The notes under the pieces are model-generated. The model saw only the letters and a program-made list of their open reading frames with translations. It did not search any database and had not been told where the DNA came from. A stretch of DNA of 64,000 nucleotides from Candidatus Omnitrophota bacterium (GTDB lineage Bacteria; Omnitrophota; Gorgyraeia; Zapsychrales; Fredricksoniimonadaceae), in NCBI GenBank assembly GCA_015233335.1, contig JADFXX010000009.1:368-64367 (forward strand), written 5' to 3'. This document shows, one piece after another, positions 35,494 through 43,863 of this stretch. Each line of letters begins with the position of its first letter. Position 1 is the first letter of the stretch. A program made the translations under genes and the position numbers.

Positions 35494-35521
35494 GCCTTCG
35501 GGCCCGTCTTTCGTTAGGGGC

Positions 35522-36490
35522 TTATGATTTTTGGTCTGAGGTTTTTCTATTTAGAAATCGCTGACGTATAAAAACAGCTGCTCTTTTTGTTTCGTCAAGT
35601 GGTGGGTAGCTCCAAGTTTCTATATTTTCTTCAAAGAAACGTATTATACCTCGTTGGATTAAATCCTTCAAGAACTCCTTGTGTCTTTTTCCGCCACCGG
35701 GCAGGGGGTAGACATAGACGGGTTTGCCCGTATAACAGGCTTCAGAAACCATTGATATGGAATCGCTAGTCGTGATGATCACATCTGCCAGTGCCAGAAG
35801 ACCGAAATAGGGATTTTCTCCCTGACTGTCCCAAATATAAGCAGGAATTTCCTGAAGGCCCGAACGTATTAATGTTTCATTAGCACTGCCTGTTCTGCGG
35901 GAGAAGGTCAGGGCAATGCTTCCTCCGTTTTTTTGGGCTGCTTGGGAGAGCATGCTCGCAAGTTCACGGGCAGATTTTTCAGAAAAATCATGGTGGCGGT
36001 TTTTGCCGCCCACAAGGACACCGATAAGAGGCCGCGGCAAATGGCTTAAACGTTCGGCAAAATGTCCTGCCCCAAAAGCAAGCTTTTTCTGGTTAACATG
36101 GTGAATGGCTCCTCGGGTGGCTAAAACATTATGGCCTTGTAATTTGTCATGCTCTGGCACGACGACAACATCGAAATTTTTAGGATCAATAAAGGGGTCC
36201 TGAATGTGGATGGTGAAAGTATGGCCGGCGCTGGCAGAACGGATGTGGAGGGAAACAGGGACGCTTTGGCGGCCGCAGGAGACCAGCACATCCGGCCAAG
36301 GAGGAACAAGCCCGTGGTGAGGGGGAAAAAGTCTTTGCCACAGGTTTTGCGGTTTTTTAATTTCTTTAAGGGAATAGGGTAGGCCCAGAGCTTCACAGAG
36401 CCCAATAGCCTGATTTTGGAGACCCGCCAATTTCTCGGTAACGATCCAGCATGAAGAAAGTTCCAGGCTAGGGGGATTAGGGGCAAGCAT
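35522..36490 (-). CDS. ELM1/DUF1022-family putative glycosyltransferase
   Basis: WIVTEKLAGLQNQAIGLCEALG...PDVLVSCGRQS...IHIQDP...VVVPEHD...VLVGG. Confidence 0.65.
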   Translation of the reverse strand: MLAPNPPSLELSSCWIVTEKLAGLQNQAIGLCEALGLPYSLKEIKKPQNLWQRLFPPHHGLVPPWPDVLVSCGRQSVPVSLHIRSASAGHTFTIHIQDPFIDPKNFDVVVVPEHDKLQGHNVLATRGAIHHVNQKKLAFGAGHFAERLSHLPRPLIGVLVGGKNRHHDFSEKSARELASMLSQAAQKNGGSIALTFSRRTGSANETLIRSGLQEIPAYIWDSQGENPYFGLLALADVIITTSDSISMVSEACYTGKPVYVYPLPGGGKRHKEFLKDLIQRGIIRFFEENIETWSYPPLDETKRAAVFIRQRFLNRKTSDQKS

Positions 36491-36509
36491 TGAAATAAAC
36501 TAATGCCTA

Positions 36510-36525
36510 TTGACAGCTTTGTCAA
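36510..36525. promoter_or_regulatory. perfect palindrome TTGACAGCTTTGTCAA in a divergent intergenic region
   Basis: TTGACA-GCTT-TGTCAA, read directly. It offers -35-like hexamers in both directions. Confidence 0.4.
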
Positions 36526-36584
36526 ATAATAAAGACTTCAAATTCTAAAAGCATCACAATTCTTTTTGTTTCCCTTAATACAAT

Positions 36585-36593
36585 TGATATAAT
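36585..36593 (+). promoter_or_regulatory. extended -10 (TGATATAAT) 6 nt upstream of the GTG start
   Basis: TG at 36585-36586, TATAAT at 36588-36593, GTG at 36600. This implies a leaderless or near-leaderless mRNA. Confidence 0.35.
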
Positions 36594-36599
36594 GGGTTT

Positions 36600-38159
36600 G
36601 TGATAAATGACCATAGGGCATTGTTTGGCCAAATCTCTTCTTATTGCCAACTTCTGTTAATAGCCTTTTGTTTTTTAGGGATATTATTTTTTGCTTGGAG
36701 AGCCCGTCACAGACTCCGGGCAGAATTTAAGTCAGTGCCTCCTGTCTATCTTTGGGGATTAGTCTTTCTGACCGTAGTGCCCGCCGTTTTTTACACCTAT
36801 GTCCTAACCCCAACACATATTATTGAAGATGAATCGTATTATCAAGCGGCGGCAAAAAATATACTGACATCAGGCCATTTAGGGGATCTTCTCAAAAGCC
36901 AGGGATGGGCTTTTTTGGTCTTTTTGGGGTACCTGTTGGGGGGTGTTAATGATCATGTCAGTATTCATATATCCCAACTTTTGGGAAGCGGAGCTATTGT
37001 CGGGATATTTTTTCTAGCCGTTTGGGCAGGGTTCTCTTTGAGGGAGGCGTTTATAGCAGCGGCGATTTTTACTTTTGTCCCTGCCCGCATGTTCTGGGCG
37101 GCGACAGGGGAAAGCCACACTGCGTCGATTTTTTTTGTTATTTGGGCAGCCGCATTCTCTTTTTTATTATACCGGACCTCGGAAAGGAATATTTTTTGGC
37201 TGGCGATATCTGTTTGGGTATTTGCGGGTTTAGTCCGGTGCGAGACGGTTGTATTATTTTTGTTTTTTATTTTGTGTATAGGGCTGTTTCTTCCCAAAAA
37301 TACATGTAAAAAATTCCCCTTTTTGGATGCTTTATTTTTAGCCGCGATAATTTTGATGCCACAGATGATCTTGGAGATCGGGACTGCTTTGAGAGGGCAT
37401 TGGGTTCAGACGGCTTTTAATATCAGTCCGGACAATTTTTTACATAATGCCGTCTTTTATGGAGCGGATTTTTTGAACGGGCATATTCATCCTGTTTTAT
37501 TGACATTGTCGGCAATGCTTGGGCTTGAGGTTATCTGCCATAGGAGCAAAAGAGTGGCGGTAGTATTAGCAGGGTGGTTTTTTCTTTTATCGATAACCTA
37601 TTTTTCCTTGTCATGGTTTGGTACTTACGGTAATACCACAGGGATATTTTTAAAGACAAGGCTGTTTGTTTTTTTCTATCCGCCGCTGGTGTTGTGTGCA
37701 GCTTCGGCTTTTGTATGGGCCGCAGATAGATATGCGTTCGGTTTTAAGGCTATTGCATCAGCGGCTCTATGCTTGGGCCTCATTGGATGGTCTATCTTAT
37801 ATTATAATTATTACACATCGCGTTTGGACGGTTTTATATTGCAAATGAAGTTAGTCGATGAGATCGGACAGACCGTTTCACCCAGCGACATGGTCGTGGC
37901 TTGTTTTCCGGATACACTGACAAGCGCGCGGTTGTCTTCTATGGCCACAACGGACATAGATTGGTTCTTGCAGGAGGATTCATGGAGGAGAGCGGCTTTT
38001 GGGAAAGCGCATAAGGTTTATCTGGTTGATGACATATTTTCACAGAGAAGGTGTCAGGAGTCGGTTTCTTTAATTAAATTGAAAGGAAAAGCCGTTTTGG
38101 TCAGACAGTGGACTCAAGGTGAAAAATTCTTTGCGGTTTATTCTTTATCCCGATTTTAG
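36600..38159 (+). CDS. polytopic membrane protein, GT-C (ArnT/PMT)-like glycosyltransferase
   Basis: 519 aa with many helices and the first-loop acidic motif IIEDESYY. Confidence 0.55.
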   Translation: MINDHRALFGQISSYCQLLLIAFCFLGILFFAWRARHRLRAEFKSVPPVYLWGLVFLTVVPAVFYTYVLTPTHIIEDESYYQAAAKNILTSGHLGDLLKSQGWAFLVFLGYLLGGVNDHVSIHISQLLGSGAIVGIFFLAVWAGFSLREAFIAAAIFTFVPARMFWAATGESHTASIFFVIWAAAFSFLLYRTSERNIFWLAISVWVFAGLVRCETVVLFLFFILCIGLFLPKNTCKKFPFLDALFLAAIILMPQMILEIGTALRGHWVQTAFNISPDNFLHNAVFYGADFLNGHIHPVLLTLSAMLGLEVICHRSKRVAVVLAGWFFLLSITYFSLSWFGTYGNTTGIFLKTRLFVFFYPPLVLCAASAFVWAADRYAFGFKAIASAALCLGLIGWSILYYNYYTSRLDGFILQMKLVDEIGQTVSPSDMVVACFPDTLTSARLSSMATTDIDWFLQEDSWRRAAFGKAHKVYLVDDIFSQRRCQESVSLIKLKGKAVLVRQWTQGEKFFAVYSLSRF

Positions 38160-38254
38160 TTGCCCTGTGTCTGCAATCGTCGGTAAACAGTCACATTTTT
38201 ATATTTACACCCATTTTGTAGGGTGGTAGAATAAGAAAAAAAGGGAGGAGAAGA

Positions 38255-38494
38255 ATGATATCCATCAATAATGCCCAGCTGTTAAAAGACAAAGAGATTT
38301 TGGATGAAATTAACAGATACAAATGGCTTAAAAGCGAAAAAGAAGGAGCAGATATTGGTTTAGAAAGGGCCTGTAGGGAATGGATCAATACTTGCTCTAA
38401 GCAATACTTTAACCGCCATCCGGGGAAATCCACCATTCTTTGGCTTAAATCACAGCCTTTTTATAGTGTTTTAAATAAGGAAATTAAAATATAG
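38255..38494 (+). CDS. hypothetical small protein
   Basis: 79 aa with a strong SD (GGGAGGAG) upstream. Contains YKWLKSEKEGADIG. Confidence 0.45.
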   Translation: MISINNAQLLKDKEILDEINRYKWLKSEKEGADIGLERACREWINTCSKQYFNRHPGKSTILWLKSQPFYSVLNKEIKI

Positions 38495-38521
38495 GACATC
38501 AAAGAAAAGTGAGGCCGTATT

Positions 38522-39106
38522 ATGGTTCTTGTTAACAAAGCAGCTCCTGAATTTACTGCTAAAGCAGTGGTTCAAAAGAAAATTGTTGAGAACTTTCGTC
38601 TTTCTGAATTTAGGGGGAAGAAGTATGTGGTGTTATTCTTCTATCCGTTGGATTTTACCTTTGTTTGTCCCACAGAACTTCACGCCTTCCAGGAAAAATT
38701 GGATGAGTTTGCCCGGCGTGATGTGGAGGTGATCGGGGTATCCACCGATTCTTGGTTTTCACATTTGGCATGGCTTAATGTCAGCAAAAAACAGGGAGGC
38801 ATTGAGGGGATCAGTTATCCTTTAGTTTCAGATTTTACCAAAAAGATCGCCCGGGATTATGACGTCTTGATCGAAGAGGATGGGGTGGCCTTGCGCGGAC
38901 TCTTTTTGATCGATAAAAACGGTATTGTTCAGCATCAACTTGTCAATAATCTGCCCCTTGGGCGCAGTGTTGAAGAAGTTTTACGTCTGGTCGATGCCTT
39001 GCAATTTACGGAGAAACATGGCGAAGTCTGTCCGGCCAATTGGCAAAAAGGGAAAAAAGCCATGAAGCCCAATGAAGCAGGGTTAAAAGATTTTTTTGTC
39101 TCATAG
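38522..39106 (+). CDS. typical 2-Cys peroxiredoxin (AhpC/Prx1 subfamily)
   Basis: Peroxidatic FTFVCPTEL and resolving EVCPANW. Confidence 0.9.
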   Translation: MVLVNKAAPEFTAKAVVQKKIVENFRLSEFRGKKYVVLFFYPLDFTFVCPTELHAFQEKLDEFARRDVEVIGVSTDSWFSHLAWLNVSKKQGGIEGISYPLVSDFTKKIARDYDVLIEEDGVALRGLFLIDKNGIVQHQLVNNLPLGRSVEEVLRLVDALQFTEKHGEVCPANWQKGKKAMKPNEAGLKDFFVS

Positions 39107-39158
39107 CTTATCGCTCAACGTACGATTTGCATAATGTCGTAGAAATTGCCGATAGGGT

Positions 39159-40202
39159 CTATATAAATTTATTTTTTTCGATGGCCTTTAAATAGGCTTC
39201 TTCTTTGGCAACTTTCCCTGTTTTGACCAGTTCCATTAAAGAGTCGTCCATCAGGATCATGCCTTGTCCGCGGTTGGTCTGGATCTCGCTGGTGAGCCGC
39301 ATGCTTTCTCCGGTTTGGATGATGTTCCCCAATGCCTGTGTACGGATTAAGATTTCATAAGCCGCCCATCGGCGGGTTTTATCCGCGCTTGGAACAAGCT
39401 GTTGAGCAACGATCGCTTTGAGATTATTGGCCAATATGGTGCGGATCTGGTTTTTATGGTTCAAGGGGAATGCGTCAATGATGCGGTCAATGGTCTTGGC
39501 CGCAGAATTGGTATGCAAGGTGCTAAAGACCAGAATGCCCATTTCGCTGGCAGTCAGGGCCAGCTCAATAGTTTCTCTGTCTCTCATTTCTCCGACTAGA
39601 ATAATGTTAACGTCGCTTTTTATGGCCGTACGCAAACCGCTGGCAAAAGACATGGTGTCCTTGCCCACTTCTCTATGGGAGATCAGGGATTTTTTGTTGG
39701 TATGGATAAATTCTACCGGCTCTTCAATGGTGATAATTTTTTGAGTGAAATTGGCGTTGATATAATCGATAATTGCCGCAAGGGTCGTTGATTTGCCGCT
39801 TCCAGTCGGACCGGTGACTAAGACCAGTCCCGAGCGCCATTTTGAGAAGTCTTTAATATGTGCCGGCAAATCCAAATCTTCGATGGAGCGGATTTTTGAG
39901 GGAATTAAACGAAAAACTGCTCCCAGCCCGAAAAAATGGCGGTAATAATTGACTCGAAAACGTGCCTCTGTCCCCAAGGCATAAGCAAAATCCAAATCAC
40001 CCCGCATTGCAAAATTATGCCATTCTTCTTTTAAAGCTATGGGAGATAACAGGGCGATCATTTTCTCGCGGGTAAGGGGTTCACTGCCGACTTCTTGCAA
40101 TCTGCCGTTAAGGCGGATTTTTGGTTTTTGGCCTTCTTCAAGGTGCAAATCCGAGCCGTTTTGGCTGATCAAGGTTTTGAAGAGATTATCTATTTCTGCC
40201 AC
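39159..40202 (-). CDS. pilT: PilT-family type IV pilus retraction ATPase
   Basis: GPTGSGKSTTLAA, TIEEPVE, GEMRD and FSTLHTNSA. Confidence 0.85.
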   Translation of the reverse strand: MAEIDNLFKTLISQNGSDLHLEEGQKPKIRLNGRLQEVGSEPLTREKMIALLSPIALKEEWHNFAMRGDLDFAYALGTEARFRVNYYRHFFGLGAVFRLIPSKIRSIEDLDLPAHIKDFSKWRSGLVLVTGPTGSGKSTTLAAIIDYINANFTQKIITIEEPVEFIHTNKKSLISHREVGKDTMSFASGLRTAIKSDVNIILVGEMRDRETIELALTASEMGILVFSTLHTNSAAKTIDRIIDAFPLNHKNQIRTILANNLKAIVAQQLVPSADKTRRWAAYEILIRTQALGNIIQTGESMRLTSEIQTNRGQGMILMDDSLMELVKTGKVAKEEAYLKAIEKNKFI

Positions 40203-40220
40203 TTTGTTTTATCCTTAAAG

Positions 40221-41390
40221 TTAATGTTTGATTCTCTGCAGCATACTGGTCGGGTTAGTTGCCCGCTCACAGGCTTCTTGAGCTGATATAATGTCTTGGT
40301 TAGCCAAGCTTTCTAATGAACTATCCATCTGCATCATGCCGGCTGATTTACTGGTGGTCATGGTATTGCTGATTTGGGCAATCTTGTTCTCACGGGTCAG
40401 GTTTGCCACGGCTGATGTGACGATTAAAACCTCATAGGCTACAACCATTCCTGAGCCATCTTTTTTAGGGACCAACTGCTGGCAGATGACCCCTCGCAGT
40501 GATTCGGAGATCATATTGCGGATGATCGGCTGTTCTTCCGCGGGGAAGGAGTCGATCACCCTTGAGATGGTCTGAGTGGCATTGACGGTATTCATAGTGC
40601 CGAAGACCAGATGACCGGTTTCAGCTGCGCTGACGGCCAATTGGATGGTGCTTAAATCTCTTAATTCACTAACGACAAGGATGTCCGGGTCCTCACGCAA
40701 AGCTGCGCGTAAAGCGTTATTTTGGGAAAGCGTATGTAAATTTAGCTCTCTTTGGGAGATCTGGCATTGCTTGGGTTCGTACACGATTTCAATAGGTTCT
40801 TCGATCGTGATGATATGGTCAAGCCTCTTTTGGTTGATCATTTCAACCAAGGCGGCCAAGGTAGTGGTTTTGCCGCAACCCGAGGGGCCCGTGATCAACA
40901 CCATGCCTTGGGCCCAATTGGTTAGATTAGAACAAGAGGGGGGCATGCCGGTGTCTTCAAATTTTGGGATTGCCATAGGGATAAGTCTTGCGGTCAAATC
41001 CCAGCCGTTACGTTGTTTGATGATCGTCATACGGAAACGGCCGTATCCGCTGATTGTGTGGACATATTGCGCGTCCCCTGTTGTTTCAAAGAGTTCAATA
41101 ATATCGTTGGGCAAAGACGTTGTGATCAGCAGTTTAATCTGGTCCGCGTTAAGGGCTTGAGGGGTGATATTTTTAAGCTGGCCGAATTGCCTGACGATGA
41201 CAGGTTTTTGGGCGCCGATATGTACATCACTGGCCTTATTATGACGCGCAAAGATCAAGATTTCATCCAGAGTACTGGCTGGAGTAATTTGAGAAGGGAC
41301 TGGCGCGTGGGCTTCTCCCCGTCCTGTTAGGCCGGTAAAATGGGGGGGGAGTGCGGCAAGTTTTATTTCATTGGAATCTTGGAGTGACAT
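40221..41390 (-). CDS. PilT/PilU-like ATPase with N-terminal extension
   Basis: GPSGCGKTTTLAAL, TIEEPIE and FGTMNT. Start placed at MSLQDSN (41390) rather than the track's 41453. Confidence 0.75.
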   Translation of the reverse strand: MSLQDSNEIKLAALPPHFTGLTGRGEAHAPVPSQITPASTLDEILIFARHNKASDVHIGAQKPVIVRQFGQLKNITPQALNADQIKLLITTSLPNDIIELFETTGDAQYVHTISGYGRFRMTIIKQRNGWDLTARLIPMAIPKFEDTGMPPSCSNLTNWAQGMVLITGPSGCGKTTTLAALVEMINQKRLDHIITIEEPIEIVYEPKQCQISQRELNLHTLSQNNALRAALREDPDILVVSELRDLSTIQLAVSAAETGHLVFGTMNTVNATQTISRVIDSFPAEEQPIIRNMISESLRGVICQQLVPKKDGSGMVVAYEVLIVTSAVANLTRENKIAQISNTMTTSKSAGMMQMDSSLESLANQDIISAQEACERATNPTSMLQRIKH

Positions 41391-41515
41391 AATTGTCCTA
41401 TTATAGGAAGGTAAAACATGATAGACAAGGAAAGAAAAATAAAAATTTCTCATTGGGATATGCTTGTCTTTATGTTAGAATAAAAAAAATGGAATATTAA
41501 CATTAGGAGGGAATC

Positions 41516-41995
41516 GTGTTATTACGTTTATTAGCTGTTTTTATTTTGTGTTTGGGCCTCAGCGGCTGTGCCACCACTCAAAACAAGACTCAAAATGAAC
41601 AATTAACATCACGTGTTACTGAACTCGAGAAAAAACTTGAATCAAAAGACGCAGAAATTGTGGATTTGCAGTATGAGGTCAAGGATTTAACGAGTAAAGT
41701 AGGGTCTTCTAAATCAGTCGTATCTGATCAGGCCTCTGAGGAGTCTGTTGAGCAAGGCTCTGCAGGCAAATCCTCGCATGCTTTTGATAGCTCGGCCATT
41801 ATCCGTGTCCATGTCAATCCCGAAAAAGTTCAGACAGCGCTTAAAGCTGCAGGTGTCTATACCGGCCCCTTGGACGGTAAGATAGGCCCTGGAACCAAAG
41901 CGGCGATCATAGAATTCCAGAAAAGCCACGGTCTTAAAGCAGATGGAGTTTTAGGCAAAAAGACCTGGGAAGAGCTTAAAACGTTTTTAAACTAA
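41516..41995 (+). CDS. lipoprotein with coiled-coil and C-terminal peptidoglycan-binding (PG_binding_1) domain
   Basis: Lipobox LGLSGC, with LKAAGVYTGPLDGKIGPGTKAAIIEFQKSHGLKADGVLG. GTG start. Confidence 0.65.
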   Translation: MLLRLLAVFILCLGLSGCATTQNKTQNEQLTSRVTELEKKLESKDAEIVDLQYEVKDLTSKVGSSKSVVSDQASEESVEQGSAGKSSHAFDSSAIIRVHVNPEKVQTALKAAGVYTGPLDGKIGPGTKAAIIEFQKSHGLKADGVLGKKTWEELKTFLN

Positions 41996-42079
41996 AAAAA
42001 AGGTGACGGACACTTTTAAAAGGTGACGGATACTAAAAAGTGTCCGTCATTTTTTTTAAAGTGTCCGTCACCTTTTTTT
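41994..42079. terminator. nested double hairpin (bidirectional terminator-like)
   Basis: AAAAGGTGACGGACACTTT and AAAAGGTGACGGATACT are followed by their complements AGTGTCCGTCATTTTTTTT and AAAGTGTCCGTCACCTTTTTTT. Confidence 0.65.
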
Positions 42080-42130
42080 ATGGTACAATACGCGGCTTTA
42101 AAAGTCAGAGTCCTGTCTTTTCGTTTATGA

Positions 42131-42178
42131 GGCCCCAGACTTACGGTAACGTCAAAGCATCAGTGTCCAGTAAGGAGA
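42131..42178 (+). repeat. 48-nt SD-adjacent leader element, copy 1
   Basis: GGCCCCAGACTTACGGTAACGTCAAAGCATCAGTGTCCAGTAAGGAGA matches copy 2 at 42 of 48 positions. It ends in the SD for the ATG at 42186. Confidence 0.65.
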
Positions 42179-42185
42179 ATTTATT

Positions 42186-42815
42186 ATGAATATTTCACAG
42201 CAATCTGAAAATCTCCGGATTCATATCGCCTCACACGCTAAGAATTTTAAGCTCTCTTGGGTGCAGTTAGGGCAGGGGCTTTATGCTGTTTGGCGGGATA
42301 AACTTTATTCTGCCTGGGGTTTCGAGAAATTCGAAGATTTTTGTGTTCGGGAGTTGGGGATAAAAAAACCTCTGGCATTAAAACTGGTGAAAACATATTT
42401 TTTTGTAGAGCAGGATGAACCGGTGTATTTAAAGAAAGAGTTCTCCGAGAGCCGGGAGGTTTCGGTGATTCCGGGTTATGAAGGTCTCGATGTGCTCAGA
42501 CGGGCTCGCGGGCACAAAGAACTGACCCGTGAGGATTATACCAAATTGCGAAAAGATATTTTTGAAAAAGGCAGGGATGCCTCTTTGGTCAGGAAGGATT
42601 TGACGGTGATGATCAAGGAGAGAAAGAAGATTGATCCTGATGAAGCCCGCCAGGAGCGTCGCGATCAAAGTGTGCGCCGTCTGGTGGCAGCTTTAAAAAG
42701 TTTTAAAAAAGATATGGAAACGTTAAAATTAGTTCAACCGGGTATTATCGAAGAAGCGGAAAGTTTACTCAAACGGCTTGAGGAAGAAAACGCCCATGAC
42801 CCCCAAACCCGTTGA
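42186..42815 (+). CDS. hypothetical protein (possible HTH segment)
   Basis: 209 aa. WGFEKFEDFCVRELGIKKPLALKLVKTY looks HTH-like; the C-terminus is charged and helical. Confidence 0.45.
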   Translation: MNISQQSENLRIHIASHAKNFKLSWVQLGQGLYAVWRDKLYSAWGFEKFEDFCVRELGIKKPLALKLVKTYFFVEQDEPVYLKKEFSESREVSVIPGYEGLDVLRRARGHKELTREDYTKLRKDIFEKGRDASLVRKDLTVMIKERKKIDPDEARQERRDQSVRRLVAALKSFKKDMETLKLVQPGIIEEAESLLKRLEEENAHDPQTR

Positions 42816-43863
42816 TTTAAATAATATTTCTCAAGAACAGCTGCTCTCAACGCGTTTATGTGATCTTCCTCTTAGCATTGAAGGCACATGGCTCGAAGAA
42901 TGCGTCAAACAGCTTTATGCTGAACTTCAATCCCGCGGCCTGGTGTTTTTCCCTGAATGTTATCTGGCGGATGAATGGCTTACCCCTGAGGGAGAGGTGG
43001 CCATCGGCATACCATTTTATTTAGCTCATCCGGTACTGATCAAGCTGGAACGCTCCATGATGCTCGAGGCTGAAGGCGAGGGGAAGCCCTGGTGCATGCA
43101 GCTTTTACGTCATGAGGCAGGACATGCGTTTTCTTACGCGTATAATCTGCACAAAAAGCGTCGGTGGCAGAAAATTTTCGGTTCCTCCAAGGAGAGTTAC
43201 GGCCGGACATATAAATTTAAACCATACAGCAAAAGCTATGTGCGTCATTTAGATGGGTTTTATGCCCAGTATCATCCGGATGAGGATTTTGTCGAGACCT
43301 TTGCGGTATGGCTGACTCCTGATTCTGACTGGCACCAAAAGTATCAGGGCTGGAGGGCTCTGGATAAATTGCAATTTGTCGATGGGCTTATGAGCTCCAT
43401 TAAAGGCCAGCCTCCCTTCAAGTCCCGGGGTAAGAAATTATGGCACCATAAGAATCTGACCATCACTCTGGAAAAATATTATAAAAAGAAATACCTGCAT
43501 GAACAGGAAGAGTTTCCTGATTTTCATGATGTGCAGCTTAAAAAGATATTTACCGCTTTGACCGACGAAGAGTGGTGGGCCTTTAAGAAGGACCGTCTTA
43601 AAAACAAAGAGATGACCAGTGCCCAGGAGCTGATCCGTAAGCATGCGAAAAATATTTTAAATAGTATTGACCGATGCACCGGAGAGCGTAAATATATTAT
43701 CAGTGATTTGCTCAATACCATAGGCTTAAGGGCCAAGCAATTGCGTATGATTGTTTCTTTGCCTGAGAGTGTTGCGCTCATGCAATTATCGGTGTATGTG
43801 ACCAGTCTTACGATGAATTATATTCATACGGGTTGGTATAGGGGGGCGAGAGCTAAAAAATGA
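42796..43863 (+). CDS. putative zinc-binding metallopeptidase
   Basis: HEAGHAF (HExxH). ATG at 42796 preferred. Overlaps both neighbours. Confidence 0.6.
   Translation: MTPKPVDLNNISQEQLLSTRLCDLPLSIEGTWLEECVKQLYAELQSRGLVFFPECYLADEWLTPEGEVAIGIPFYLAHPVLIKLERSMMLEAEGEGKPWCMQLLRHEAGHAFSYAYNLHKKRRWQKIFGSSKESYGRTYKFKPYSKSYVRHLDGFYAQYHPDEDFVETFAVWLTPDSDWHQKYQGWRALDKLQFVDGLMSSIKGQPPFKSRGKKLWHHKNLTITLEKYYKKKYLHEQEEFPDFHDVQLKKIFTALTDEEWWAFKKDRLKNKEMTSAQELIRKHAKNILNSIDRCTGERKYIISDLLNTIGLRAKQLRMIVSLPESVALMQLSVYVTSLTMNYIHTGWYRGARAKK

Noticed and set aside
36121-36525. 134-aa minus-strand ORF in an alternative frame of the ELM1-like gene
   Set aside because: The 322-aa frame carries the ELM1/DUF1022 pattern. 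The alternative frame does not.
40645-41330. 171-aa and 105-aa + strand ORFs
   Set aside because: They are antisense to the PilT/PilU-like gene, which has Walker A/B and Asp/His boxes.
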